Program-made: the position numbers and the translations under genes
In this document: positions 1 to 8,782 of the stretch, one piece after another
Layout: each line of letters begins with the position of its first letter
How positions within the stretch are numbered: position 1 is the stretch's first letter
Source of the DNA: an uncultured delta proteobacterium
GTDB lineage: Bacteria; Myxococcota; Myxococcia; Myxococcales; Anaeromyxobacteraceae
DNA length: 64,000 bases
NCBI GenBank assembly: GCA_963845515.1
Contig: CAWJSR010000006.1
Coordinates: forward strand, 132,681-196,680
Reading direction: 5' to 3'
Notes under the pieces: model-generated
Told to the model about the DNA's origin: nothing
Seen by the model: only the letters and a program-made list of their open reading frames with translations
Databases searched by the model: none

Positions 1-146
1 AGAACGTTCCACGCCATTCGCAGGATGCTACCGCCGAACCGTCCCGCGCCCCACTCCCTCGAGGAAACGATATCGGGGCTCGGCCTGCATGGGGGGAGTG
101 GCGGCGCGGCTCCGGAAGCGGTAGACGACGCGCGGGAGCCCGCACG

Positions 147-998
147 ATGCCGACCTACTCGCTGACGATCGACGCCCCGAAGGACTTCTCCGAGGAGCTC
201 TCCGCAGAGCTCTTCGACCTGGGGGCGAGCGGCGTCGAGGTCCGCGACGGGGAGGGGACGCCGATGCCGGGTGTCGCCCAGCCGGCGGCCGGCCGGGCCA
301 CCGTCCTCGCCTGGTTCGCCGAGAAGGCCGACGCGGAGGCGGCCCGGGTCGAGCATGGCGGCGAGCTCTCCGAGGTGGCCGACGCGGACTGGGGGGAGGA
401 GTGGAAGAAGGGGCTGAAGGCGTTCTCGATCGGACGCGTCTGGGTGCGCCCAACCTGGATCACCGAGCAGGCGCCGCCGGGCGCGGTCGAGGTGGTCCTG
501 GATCCCGGGATGGCCTTCGGGACGGGCACGCACCCGACGACGTCGCTCTGCCTCGCTGCCCTCTCGGACCTCCTCGCGGCCCGCCCGGGCGCGAGCGTGC
601 TCGACGTGGGGACGGGGTCGGGGCTGCTCGCCATCTCCGCGAAGAAGCTCGGGGCCGGACGCGTTGCGAGCAACGACAACGATCCGATCGCGGTGAGGGT
701 CGCGCGCGAGAACGCCGAGGCCAACGGCGCGTCGCTCGAGCTCACGGTCGCGCCGGTCGAGCAGATCGACGGCACCTTCGACGTGGTGGTCGCCAACATC
801 CTGGCCAACACGCTGGTGGAGCTCGCGCCTGCGCTCGCCGCGAAGCTGGCGCCCGGCGGGGTGGTGCTCCTCTCCGGCATCCTCGGTCCGCAGGAGGCGG
901 AGGTCCGCGCCGCCTACCAGGCGCAGCGGCTCACGCCGTTCCCCGGCGGCGATCGCCGAGATGGCGAGTGGTCGCTCCTCGCGCTCTCGAAGCCATGA
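147..998 (+). CDS. prmA: 50S ribosomal protein L11 methyltransferase
   Basis: DPGMAFGTGTHPTT, VLDVGTGSGLLAI and VVVANILA motifs; upstream of rsmE as usual. Confidence 0.95.
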   Translation: MPTYSLTIDAPKDFSEELSAELFDLGASGVEVRDGEGTPMPGVAQPAAGRATVLAWFAEKADAEAARVEHGGELSEVADADWGEEWKKGLKAFSIGRVWVRPTWITEQAPPGAVEVVLDPGMAFGTGTHPTTSLCLAALSDLLAARPGASVLDVGTGSGLLAISAKKLGAGRVASNDNDPIAVRVARENAEANGASLELTVAPVEQIDGTFDVVVANILANTLVELAPALAAKLAPGGVVLLSGILGPQEAEVRAAYQAQRLTPFPGGDRRDGEWSLLALSKP

Positions 999-1708
999 AG
1001 CGCCGGATCCACGTCCCGCCGGAGCGGATCGAGGGGGCGACGGCGCGGCTCGACGAGCCCGGACGTCACTACCTCCACGACGTGCTCCGGCTGGAGGTGG
1101 GGGCCGCGGTCGAGGTGTTCGACGGGCGCGGAGGGCTCTACGACGGTCGGGTCGAGCCAGGCTTCGAGAGGCTCGCGCTCGGCGTGCGCCGCGACGCGCC
1201 GCCGGGCGGCGCCAACATTCACCTGGCGCTCGCCCTCGCCAAGGGGGAGAAGGTCGAGCTCGTCGTGCAGAAGGCGACCGAGCTCGGCGTCGCCCGGATC
1301 GTGCCTTGGGAGGCGGAGCGCTCGGTCGTCCGCCTGGAGAAGGAGCGCGCCGAGGAGCGGGCGAAGCGCTGGCGCCGGATCGCCGAGGAGGCCGCACGTC
1401 AGTGCGGCCGCGCCGACGTCCCGGAGGTGCGCGTCCCCGCGTCGTTCCAGGAGCTCGTCGCAGAGATCCCCCCCGGCTTCCTCCCGGTGGTCTTCCACGG
1501 CGAGGGGAGCGCGCCGATCGCGCGGCTCCCGGCGGCCGCCGGGGTGCTGGCGGTGGTGGGGCCGGAGGGCGGCCTCACCACGGCCGAGCTGGGGACGCTC
1601 TCCCGCGCCGGCGCGGCGCTGGCGTCGCTCGGCCCCCGCACGCTCCGCGCCGAGACCGCCGCCATCGCGGCGGTCGCGCTGCTGCAGGCGCGCTACGGGG
1701 ACATGTGA
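995..1708 (+). CDS. rsmE: 16S rRNA m3U1498 methyltransferase
   Basis: ATGA overlap with prmA stop; HxxxVLRL, QKATELGV, EAARQCGR, VGPEGG, LGPRTLRAETA motifs. Confidence 0.95.
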   Translation: MKRRIHVPPERIEGATARLDEPGRHYLHDVLRLEVGAAVEVFDGRGGLYDGRVEPGFERLALGVRRDAPPGGANIHLALALAKGEKVELVVQKATELGVARIVPWEAERSVVRLEKERAEERAKRWRRIAEEAARQCGRADVPEVRVPASFQELVAEIPPGFLPVVFHGEGSAPIARLPAAAGVLAVVGPEGGLTTAELGTLSRAGAALASLGPRTLRAETAAIAAVALLQARYGDM

Positions 1709-1714
1709 GAGTCA

Positions 1715-1747
1715 CCTGCCCTCTCCCCCGGTGGAGGAGAGGGCAGG
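1715..1747. repeat. GC-rich inverted repeat (REP-like or terminator) between convergent genes
   Basis: cctgccctctcc (1715-1726) pairs with ggagagggcagg (1736-1747). Confidence 0.55.
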
Positions 1748-1763
1748 GTGCAGGTGGGGAGGT

Positions 1764-2150
1764 CTACCGCGCCGCCTTCGCCGCCGCCTTGATGTCCGGG
1801 ACGCCGAGGAAGACGGTGCACTTGCGCGCCGGCGCCGTCCCGATCATGACGTGGCTGATGTTGATCCCGGCCGCGCCAAGCTTCGTCGTCGCAGTGGCCA
1901 GGGTCCCCGCCTTGTCGGCGAGCTCCAGCTCCAGGACGTCCTTCTCCTCCACCTGGAGCCCCAGCTTCGCGAGGATCTTCTTCGCCGCCGCGGGCTGGTC
2001 CGCGACCAGCCGTACGACGCCCTCCATGCCCTCGACCCATGCGTTGATGGCTCGCAGGTTCACCTTCTTCGCCGCCAGCGCCGCGGTGATCTCGCCGAGC
2101 TTCCCGGGCGCGTCTGTGACTCGGAACTTGAGCTCTTTCGCCTTCGCCAT
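1764..2150 (-). CDS. tandem ACT-domain protein
   Basis: two ACT-like repeats (DAPGKLGEITAALAAKKVNL; DKAGTLATATTKLGAAGINI). Confidence 0.85.
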   Translation of the reverse strand: MAKAKELKFRVTDAPGKLGEITAALAAKKVNLRAINAWVEGMEGVVRLVADQPAAAKKILAKLGLQVEEKDVLELELADKAGTLATATTKLGAAGINISHVMIGTAPARKCTVFLGVPDIKAAAKAAR

Positions 2151-2280
2151 GTGAGAAACCTCCGTTGAGCCGCGATTGGACCTTGTCCCGCCACGCCGCG
2201 GCAAGCTCACGCACGGGGCGCTTCGGTTGATTCCGGTCGCCGGCTGGCGTGCTCACCGGCTCGCCCTTAAGCTTCCGCCC

Positions 2281-2922
2281 GTGGACCCCTGTCCCCGCTG
2301 CGGGCGCCAGAACGCGCCGAACGCCCGGGCCTGCGCAGGCTGCGGGACGCCGCTCGCCTTCGGCGAGGAGCCCGCGCTCCGCTCGCTCGACCTCGAGCTG
2401 GATCTCGATAGACGGGGCCGGGAGCGTTCGCAGGCCGAGCCGGCGGAGCCGGCCGAAGCGCCTGCCGACGGGGCGGACGACCTGCGTCCGGCCCCCCCCG
2501 AGCGCCGAGCGGTCGCCTGGGCGATCGACGGGGCGCTCGTCGCGCTGGTCGGGGCGGCGCTGCCCATCGCGCTGCTCGCCTCCAGCGGCGCCCTCCGGGC
2601 GGAGGGGTCGCTCCAGCGGGCGGTGGCTGGGAACCTTCCGATCGTCCTGCCGAGCCTCGCGTTCGTCGCGGTGGCCGCCTTCGTCTATGCGACCGTCGCC
2701 CACGCGCTCGCCGGCGCCACGCTGGGCAAGCGGATCGCCCGGATCCGCGTGGTCGACGCCGCCGGACACCCCCCTGGCATCGCCTGCAGCGCGTCGCGCT
2801 CGGCGTGGGCCGTCGCCTCCATCGCCCTCGCCGGCGCCGGCATGCTCCCCGCGATCCTCGGCTCGTCCCGGCGCGCGCTCCACGACCTCCTCGCGGGGAC
2901 GCGGGTGGTCGAGGCCCCATGA
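2281..2922 (+). CDS. RDD family membrane protein with N-terminal zinc ribbon
   Basis: CPRC...CAGC ribbon; RRAVAWAID, TLGKRIARIRVV, RALHDLLAGTRVV RDD motifs; start codon uncertain. Confidence 0.85.
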   Translation: MDPCPRCGRQNAPNARACAGCGTPLAFGEEPALRSLDLELDLDRRGRERSQAEPAEPAEAPADGADDLRPAPPERRAVAWAIDGALVALVGAALPIALLASSGALRAEGSLQRAVAGNLPIVLPSLAFVAVAAFVYATVAHALAGATLGKRIARIRVVDAAGHPPGIACSASRSAWAVASIALAGAGMLPAILGSSRRALHDLLAGTRVVEAP

Positions 2923-2952
2923 CCCGCCGTCCCCCGTGATAGAAAGGAACCT

Positions 2953-5199
2953 GTGCCCCAGGACCTCGCCGCGCTCCTCATGGAAGAGGGCGCGGTCTCC
3001 AAGGCTGACATGGACCGCGCCGTCGCCCGCCAGACCCAGCTTGGCGGCGCGCTCGACACCGCGCTCCTCGAGCTCGGCCTGATCGGCGAGGGGCACCTCC
3101 TCTCCTTCCTTTCGCACGCCTCCGGACTCCCGGCGGTGCCGGTGGCCGCGCTCGCGGAGATCGATCCGAGGGCACGCAGGGTCTTCCCTGCCAAGGTCGC
3201 GGAGCGCCACAGGCTGGCCCCCTTCGCGCTCGACGGGCGCGAGCTGTCGGTCGTCGCAGTCCACCCGGTGGACGCCGCGTCCATCGACGAGATCGGCTTC
3301 ATGCTCTCGCTGACGCTGGTGACCCACGTCGGTCCGGAGTGGCGCGTCCAGGAGCTGATCCAGCGGCTCTACGGCGGCCAGCTCTCTGCCAGGCTCTCCA
3401 GGCTCGCGGAGGCCCTGCCCGCGGAGCCGCCTGTCCGGGCGCCCGCCTCCACGGAGGACGAGGCGACGCCACCCGCGGCTCCCGCGCCCGCTTCGGTCTC
3501 CATCGAGGAGGCCTTCTTCGCCGCTGGGGAGGCGGGGACGTTCAAGGTCACGGGAGGAGACCTCTCCCGCGGCGGGGGAGAAGGGCGGGTCCAGGACGAG
3601 ACCTCCTTCGGGGACGTCGAGCCCGTGCGCCCGCCGCCGAGCGGCTTCGGGCGGGACGACGCCGAGCCGGCCGAGCCGCTTCTCGCGGCGCTGGAGCAGG
3701 CCGTGGATGCCTTCGACGCGGTCTCGATCGACGTCGAGCCCCCTGCGGAGGAACCTGCCGCGCCGCCTGCGGCCACGGAGCCCGAGGGTGGCGTGGCCGG
3801 GGGGGCCGTGCCAGTGGCAGGGCAGAGGCAGAGGCAGCGGACGCGGACGCGGAGCCCGCCGCCCGCGGCCGGCGAGCCGCCGCAGGAGGACGTCGAGCCG
3901 GAGGAGCCGCCCGTCCTCGATCGCTCTGCGCCGCCGCACTGGTCGCTCGAGGCCGCGTCCGCCGCCCTGTCGGCGGCGCGCCACAGGGACGAGGTGGTCC
4001 TCATCGCGCTCAGGTACGCGCGCGACTTCTTCGAGTTCGCCGCGCTCTTCGCCGTGACGCGCGACGCAGTGGTCGGACACGATGGGCTCGGCGTCCAGGA
4101 GGACGCTCGCAGCCACAGCCGCGGGACCGCCATCTACGCCTCCGACGCTGGGGTCGTGAGGACCGTGCTGGAGACGCGCGCGCCGTACCTCGGGCCAGCG
4201 GACCGCGACGTGGCGGGGACGGCCAACGTCCTCGACGGGCTCTGGCGGGGGACGCCTCGCACCGTCCTGCTCTATCCGATCCTGCTCGGCGAGCGCCCCG
4301 TCGCCGTCCTGTACGCCGACAACGGCGAGGCGCCGGTCTCCCCGCGCCGGCTCGGCGACCTGCTCCTCTTCCTCTCGACCGTGGGCAGCAACTTCGAGCG
4401 GATCATTCGCGCCCGGAAGAAGCGGAGGCCGCGCGCCGCGCCGCGCCCGCCGCCGCCTTCTCCGCCGCCTGAGGCTCCCCACCAGGAGCCCGTCCCGGAG
4501 TGGATGGCGCAGCCGCCGAGCGAGTCGCCCACTCTCCCCGAGGCGCCCGGCGCGTCCACTTCCCCCGGCGCGGGAGAGCGGACTGGTCACGTGGGCGATG
4601 CCGGCGAAGCCGTGGAGTCGGCGATGGCCGCGCTCCTGACCGAGGCCAGCGGAGGTTCGACCGATCACTCCGCGGCCATCGTGGATCTGGTCCTCGATCC
4701 GAGCGCCGAGGTGGCCGCCGCGGCGCGCGAGGCGCTCGTCTCCCGCCGGAGAGAGCCGGCGGTGCGGCCGCTGCCCGAGCGGCTGCGGCGCGCCCTCCTC
4801 TCCGGCGTCGGCAGCAGGCCGGTGCTGGCCGCCAGGGCGCTGGGCGCGCTCCGGGACGTGGAGTCGATCCCGATCCTCATCCAGGCGCTGGAGAGCGGCT
4901 CGCCGGAGACCGCGGAGGCGGCGGCCGAAGCCCTGGCGGGGATCACGATGCAGCGGCACGGGCCCAACCCGCAGAAGTGGCTGCGATGGTGGAAGGAGAA
5001 CCGCGGGCGCTCGCGGGCGGAGTGGCTCTTCGCGGCCCTCACGTCTCCGGACCGCGACCTGCGGCTGGCGGCCTCGGGTGAGCTTCGCTCCGCCGGGGAT
5101 CCGCCGGTGCGCTACTCCGTCGACATGCCCTCGGCGGAGCTGGATGCCGCCTCCCGCGCGTGGTGGGTCTGGTGGTCGCGGCAGGGCATCACGCTCTGA
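2953..5199 (+). CDS. MshEN/GspE-N-like domain, Pro-rich linker, GAF-like and HEAT-repeat protein (FrgA-like)
   Basis: N-terminal LAALLMEEG...LDTALLELGLI pattern; PVAVLYADN GAF-like strand; HEAT repeats (AARALGALRD, AAEALAGIT). Confidence 0.65.
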   Translation: MPQDLAALLMEEGAVSKADMDRAVARQTQLGGALDTALLELGLIGEGHLLSFLSHASGLPAVPVAALAEIDPRARRVFPAKVAERHRLAPFALDGRELSVVAVHPVDAASIDEIGFMLSLTLVTHVGPEWRVQELIQRLYGGQLSARLSRLAEALPAEPPVRAPASTEDEATPPAAPAPASVSIEEAFFAAGEAGTFKVTGGDLSRGGGEGRVQDETSFGDVEPVRPPPSGFGRDDAEPAEPLLAALEQAVDAFDAVSIDVEPPAEEPAAPPAATEPEGGVAGGAVPVAGQRQRQRTRTRSPPPAAGEPPQEDVEPEEPPVLDRSAPPHWSLEAASAALSAARHRDEVVLIALRYARDFFEFAALFAVTRDAVVGHDGLGVQEDARSHSRGTAIYASDAGVVRTVLETRAPYLGPADRDVAGTANVLDGLWRGTPRTVLLYPILLGERPVAVLYADNGEAPVSPRRLGDLLLFLSTVGSNFERIIRARKKRRPRAAPRPPPPSPPPEAPHQEPVPEWMAQPPSESPTLPEAPGASTSPGAGERTGHVGDAGEAVESAMAALLTEASGGSTDHSAAIVDLVLDPSAEVAAAAREALVSRRREPAVRPLPERLRRALLSGVGSRPVLAARALGALRDVESIPILIQALESGSPETAEAAAEALAGITMQRHGPNPQKWLRWWKENRGRSRAEWLFAALTSPDRDLRLAASGELRSAGDPPVRYSVDMPSAELDAASRAWWVWWSRQGITL

Positions 5200-5382
5200 A
5201 CGCCCTGACCCGAGGTGGTGCGTAGCGCGCTACGCCGATCGGCAGGGACTGCGAAGCTCGCTACGCAGCAGGCGCAATATCGGCGCGAGGGTGTGCGCGA
5301 TCGCCCGCTTTCGCTTGCCTCATTGGAAGCGGGCTGGCTATCTTCGCCGCTCACCTGAAGACGGGTAGCCGAGGCCTGACGA

Positions 5383-6945
5383 ATGCACGAGGCATTGGAC
5401 CCCGATCCGCGGCGTGCGTTGCTCGATCGGCTCGACGATGAGGCCGAGAGGGGAGGCGGCGAGGATCGGATCCGCAGACAGCACGAGTCGGGAAAGCTGA
5501 CCGCGCGCGAGCGGATCGGGAGGTTCTTCGATCCCGGCACCTTCGTCGAGCTGGACAAGCTCAAGACCCACCGCTGCACCGACTTCGGAATGCAGGACCA
5601 GAAGGTGTTCGGCGACGGCGTCGTCTCGGGCTACGGCCTCGTCGACGGCCGCAGGGTTTTCGCCTACGCGCAAGACTTCACCGTGTTCGGCGGGTCGCTC
5701 TCCGCCGCCATGGCCGAGAAGATCTGCAAGGTGATGGACCGGGCGATGACGGTCGGCTGCCCGATCGTGGGGCTGCACGACTCGGGCGGGGCCAGGATCC
5801 AGGAGGGCGTCGCCGCGCTCGCCGGGTACGCAGACATCTTCCTCCGCAACACGCGCGCCTCCGGGATGGTCCCGCAGATCTCGGTGATCATGGGCCCCTA
5901 CGCGGGCGCCGCAGGCTTCGGCGCGGCCATCACCGACTTCATCTTCATGGTGAAGGACACCTCGCACATGTTCATCGCGAGCCCCGAGGTGATCCGGGGG
6001 GCGACGGGCGAGGAGGTCTCGAAGGAGGACCTCGGCGGCGCGAAGACCCACTCGAGCCGCTCGGGGATCGCCCACTTCGCCATGGACACGGAGGAGGGGA
6101 CGCTCCAGGCGGTGCGCGAGCTCCTCTCCTTCCTGCCGTCCAACCCCACCGAGCCGCCGCCCGCCCGCGCCTGCGCCGACGACCCTGGCCGTGGCGACGA
6201 CGTCCTCAAGACCATCGTCCCAGCCGATCCGGACGCTCCCTACGAGATGCGCGACGTCATCCGCGCCGTCGCCGACGACCGCAACTTCATGGAGGTCCAC
6301 GAGACCTTCGCGCCGAACCTCGTGGTCGGCTTCGCCCGCCTCGGCGGCCGACCGGTGGGGATCGTGGCGAACCAGCCCGCGGCGCAGGACGGGGCGCTCG
6401 ACGCCGACGCCTCCGTGAAGGGCGGCCGGTTCGTCCGCTTCTGCGACGCCTTCGGGATCCCGCTCCTCACGTTCGTCGACGTCCCCGGGTTCGTCCCCGC
6501 GACCGGCCAGGAGTGGGGCGGCGTCCTCCGCCACGGCGCGAAGCTGCTCTACGCGTACGCGGAGTCGACCGTCCCGAAGGTCACGGTCATCACGCGCAAG
6601 GCTTACGGCGGCGCGTACGCCCTGATGGCGTCGAAGCACCTGCGGGCCGACGTGAACATGGCCTGGATCACCGCGGAGATCGCCGTGATGGCCCCGGACG
6701 GCGCGGTGAACATCATCTTCCGCAAGGAGATCCAGGCGGCCAGGGATCCCACCTCCGAGCGGGCTCGGCTCATCCAGGACTACCGGGACCGGTACGCGAA
6801 CCCCTACAAGGCCGCCGAGCTCGGCTACGTCGACTCCGTCATCAAGCCCGAGCAGACCCGCCTTCGCGTCATCCGTGCCTTCGAGATGCTGCGAACCAAG
6901 CGGCTGGAACGCCCGCCGCGCAAGCACGGCAACATCCCGCTCTAG
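5383..6945 (+). CDS. pccB: acyl-CoA carboxylase carboxyltransferase (PccB-like) subunit
   Basis: [37 protein letters not shown] and terminal RKHGNIPL. Confidence 0.9.
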   Translation: MHEALDPDPRRALLDRLDDEAERGGGEDRIRRQHESGKLTARERIGRFFDPGTFVELDKLKTHRCTDFGMQDQKVFGDGVVSGYGLVDGRRVFAYAQDFTVFGGSLSAAMAEKICKVMDRAMTVGCPIVGLHDSGGARIQEGVAALAGYADIFLRNTRASGMVPQISVIMGPYAGAAGFGAAITDFIFMVKDTSHMFIASPEVIRGATGEEVSKEDLGGAKTHSSRSGIAHFAMDTEEGTLQAVRELLSFLPSNPTEPPPARACADDPGRGDDVLKTIVPADPDAPYEMRDVIRAVADDRNFMEVHETFAPNLVVGFARLGGRPVGIVANQPAAQDGALDADASVKGGRFVRFCDAFGIPLLTFVDVPGFVPATGQEWGGVLRHGAKLLYAYAESTVPKVTVITRKAYGGAYALMASKHLRADVNMAWITAEIAVMAPDGAVNIIFRKEIQAARDPTSERARLIQDYRDRYANPYKAAELGYVDSVIKPEQTRLRVIRAFEMLRTKRLERPPRKHGNIPL

Positions 6946-7009
6946 GGCCCGCCAACTTCCCCCCTTCGAAGCTTTCGTCGCAAGAGTATTCCCAGGAGGA
7001 ATCGACCGC

Positions 7010-8734
7010 ATGTCCACGAAGCCGATCAAGCCGACGCTGACCAACCCGCTGGATCCCCTCGAGAAGGTCGAGTTCAACATCCCGGGTGAGATCTCCCGCA
7101 CCACCGGCCGCTACGAGGAGGTGATGAGGGAGGGGCACGATCTCATCCAGCGCCCGATCCGCTCGGTCGCGATCGACCAGATCGAGAAGCAGCACTTCAA
7201 GAAGCGGATGACGGTCTGGGAGCGGATCAAGGTCCTGTCGGACAAGGAGCCGAACGTCCTCTACCAGAACTGGGGCAAGAACCTGGACGGCGCCTCGCTC
7301 GTGACGGCCATCCTCAACATCGGGGGGCGTGACGTGGCGGTCTACGGCCACGACTTCACCGTCCGCGCGGGCTCCATCGACGCGACGAACGGCAACAAGC
7401 TGGCGCGGCTCTTCTACCTGGCGGGCGAGAAGGGGATCCCGCTCATCGGGATGAACGACTCGGCCGGCGCGTTCGTGCCTGCGGGCGTCGGCGGCCTCGA
7501 CGGCTACGCCGAGGCGTTCACGGCGCTCCGCAAGATCTCCGGCGTCGTCCCGTCGATCATGTGCATGTTCGGCTTCAACGCCGGCGGCGGCTCGTACCTG
7601 CCCCGGCAGGGCAGCTTCGTGATCCAGCCCAACGACACCTTCTTCGGCCTCACCGGCCCCGGCGTCGTGAAGAGCGTCCTCGGCGAGGACATCACCCCCG
7701 AGGAGCTGGGCGGCCCGAAGGTCCACGGCGGCTCCGGCGTGGCCGACCTCACCGTCATGGACGAGCTGGCCGCGCTCCGCCAGGCGGTCCGCCTGCTCGG
7801 CTACATCCCCGACAACAACTCCCAGCTCGCGCCCTTCCAGGAGACGACCGACCCGCTCGACCGGAAGACCTGGGAGATCAACACGCTCCTCAAGAAGGCC
7901 TTCAACTCGTCGACCGGGTTCAACACCCCCTTCGACGTGTCGATCGTCATCCAGCAGGTCTGCGACCACGGCGACTACTACGAGCTGCAGCCCGAGCGCG
8001 CCCGCGAGGTGGTCACCGCCTTCGGCAGGCTCGGCGGCCACGTCGTCGGCTTCGTCGCCAACAACAGCGCCGTCTCCTCCGGCCAGATCGACTGCGACTC
8101 CGCGGTGAAGATCGCGAGGTTCGTCCGCTTCTGCAACATCTACAACATCCCGATCATCTTCATGGAGGACACGACCGGCTTCCTCCCCGGTCGCGAGCAG
8201 GAGGCGCGCGGCATCGTCCAGGCCGGCCGCTCGATGCTCGACTCGATCGTCGACGTGCGGACGCCGCGCATCCTGCTCATCCTGCGCAACGCGTTCGGTG
8301 GCGCGTACGCGTCCTACAACAACTACCCGACCGGCGCCGACCTGGTGCTCGCGCTCCCGACGACGCGGCTCGCCGTGATGGGGCCCGCGGGCAAGGAGTT
8401 CGTCTACAAGGACGAGCTCAGGAAGATGCGCGGCCAGGCTGCCGAGCTGCTCAAGAAGGGGCTCCAGACCCGCACGGCGGCGGGGATGGAGGGCGGCGCC
8501 GCGAAGAAGGACGCCGAGAAGGAGGCGGGCGACTGGCTCAAGGCCCAGGAGGCCGCGCTCAACCAGCGCTACGAGAAGGAGCTGATGAACCCGAAGGAAG
8601 GGCTCTCGCTCGGCTCCATCTCCTCGATCGTGATGCCGACGGATCTGCGCAAGGTCCTCGGCGAGAACATGCAGTTCCTCCTCCGTCACTACAAGGCGTC
8701 GCCGATGGGCGGCCCTCAGCGGGAGTTCCACTAG
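7010..8734 (+). CDS. second carboxyltransferase subunit of a biotin-dependent acyl-CoA carboxylase
   Basis: [32 protein letters not shown] motifs; GGAGG RBS before ATG 7010. Confidence 0.9.
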   Translation: MSTKPIKPTLTNPLDPLEKVEFNIPGEISRTTGRYEEVMREGHDLIQRPIRSVAIDQIEKQHFKKRMTVWERIKVLSDKEPNVLYQNWGKNLDGASLVTAILNIGGRDVAVYGHDFTVRAGSIDATNGNKLARLFYLAGEKGIPLIGMNDSAGAFVPAGVGGLDGYAEAFTALRKISGVVPSIMCMFGFNAGGGSYLPRQGSFVIQPNDTFFGLTGPGVVKSVLGEDITPEELGGPKVHGGSGVADLTVMDELAALRQAVRLLGYIPDNNSQLAPFQETTDPLDRKTWEINTLLKKAFNSSTGFNTPFDVSIVIQQVCDHGDYYELQPERAREVVTAFGRLGGHVVGFVANNSAVSSGQIDCDSAVKIARFVRFCNIYNIPIIFMEDTTGFLPGREQEARGIVQAGRSMLDSIVDVRTPRILLILRNAFGGAYASYNNYPTGADLVLALPTTRLAVMGPAGKEFVYKDELRKMRGQAAELLKKGLQTRTAAGMEGGAAKKDAEKEAGDWLKAQEAALNQRYEKELMNPKEGLSLGSISSIVMPTDLRKVLGENMQFLLRHYKASPMGGPQREFH

Positions 8735-8782
8735 GCCATGCGGCTTCCCCCTTCCAAGACCCAGGACCAGAGAGAGACCCAA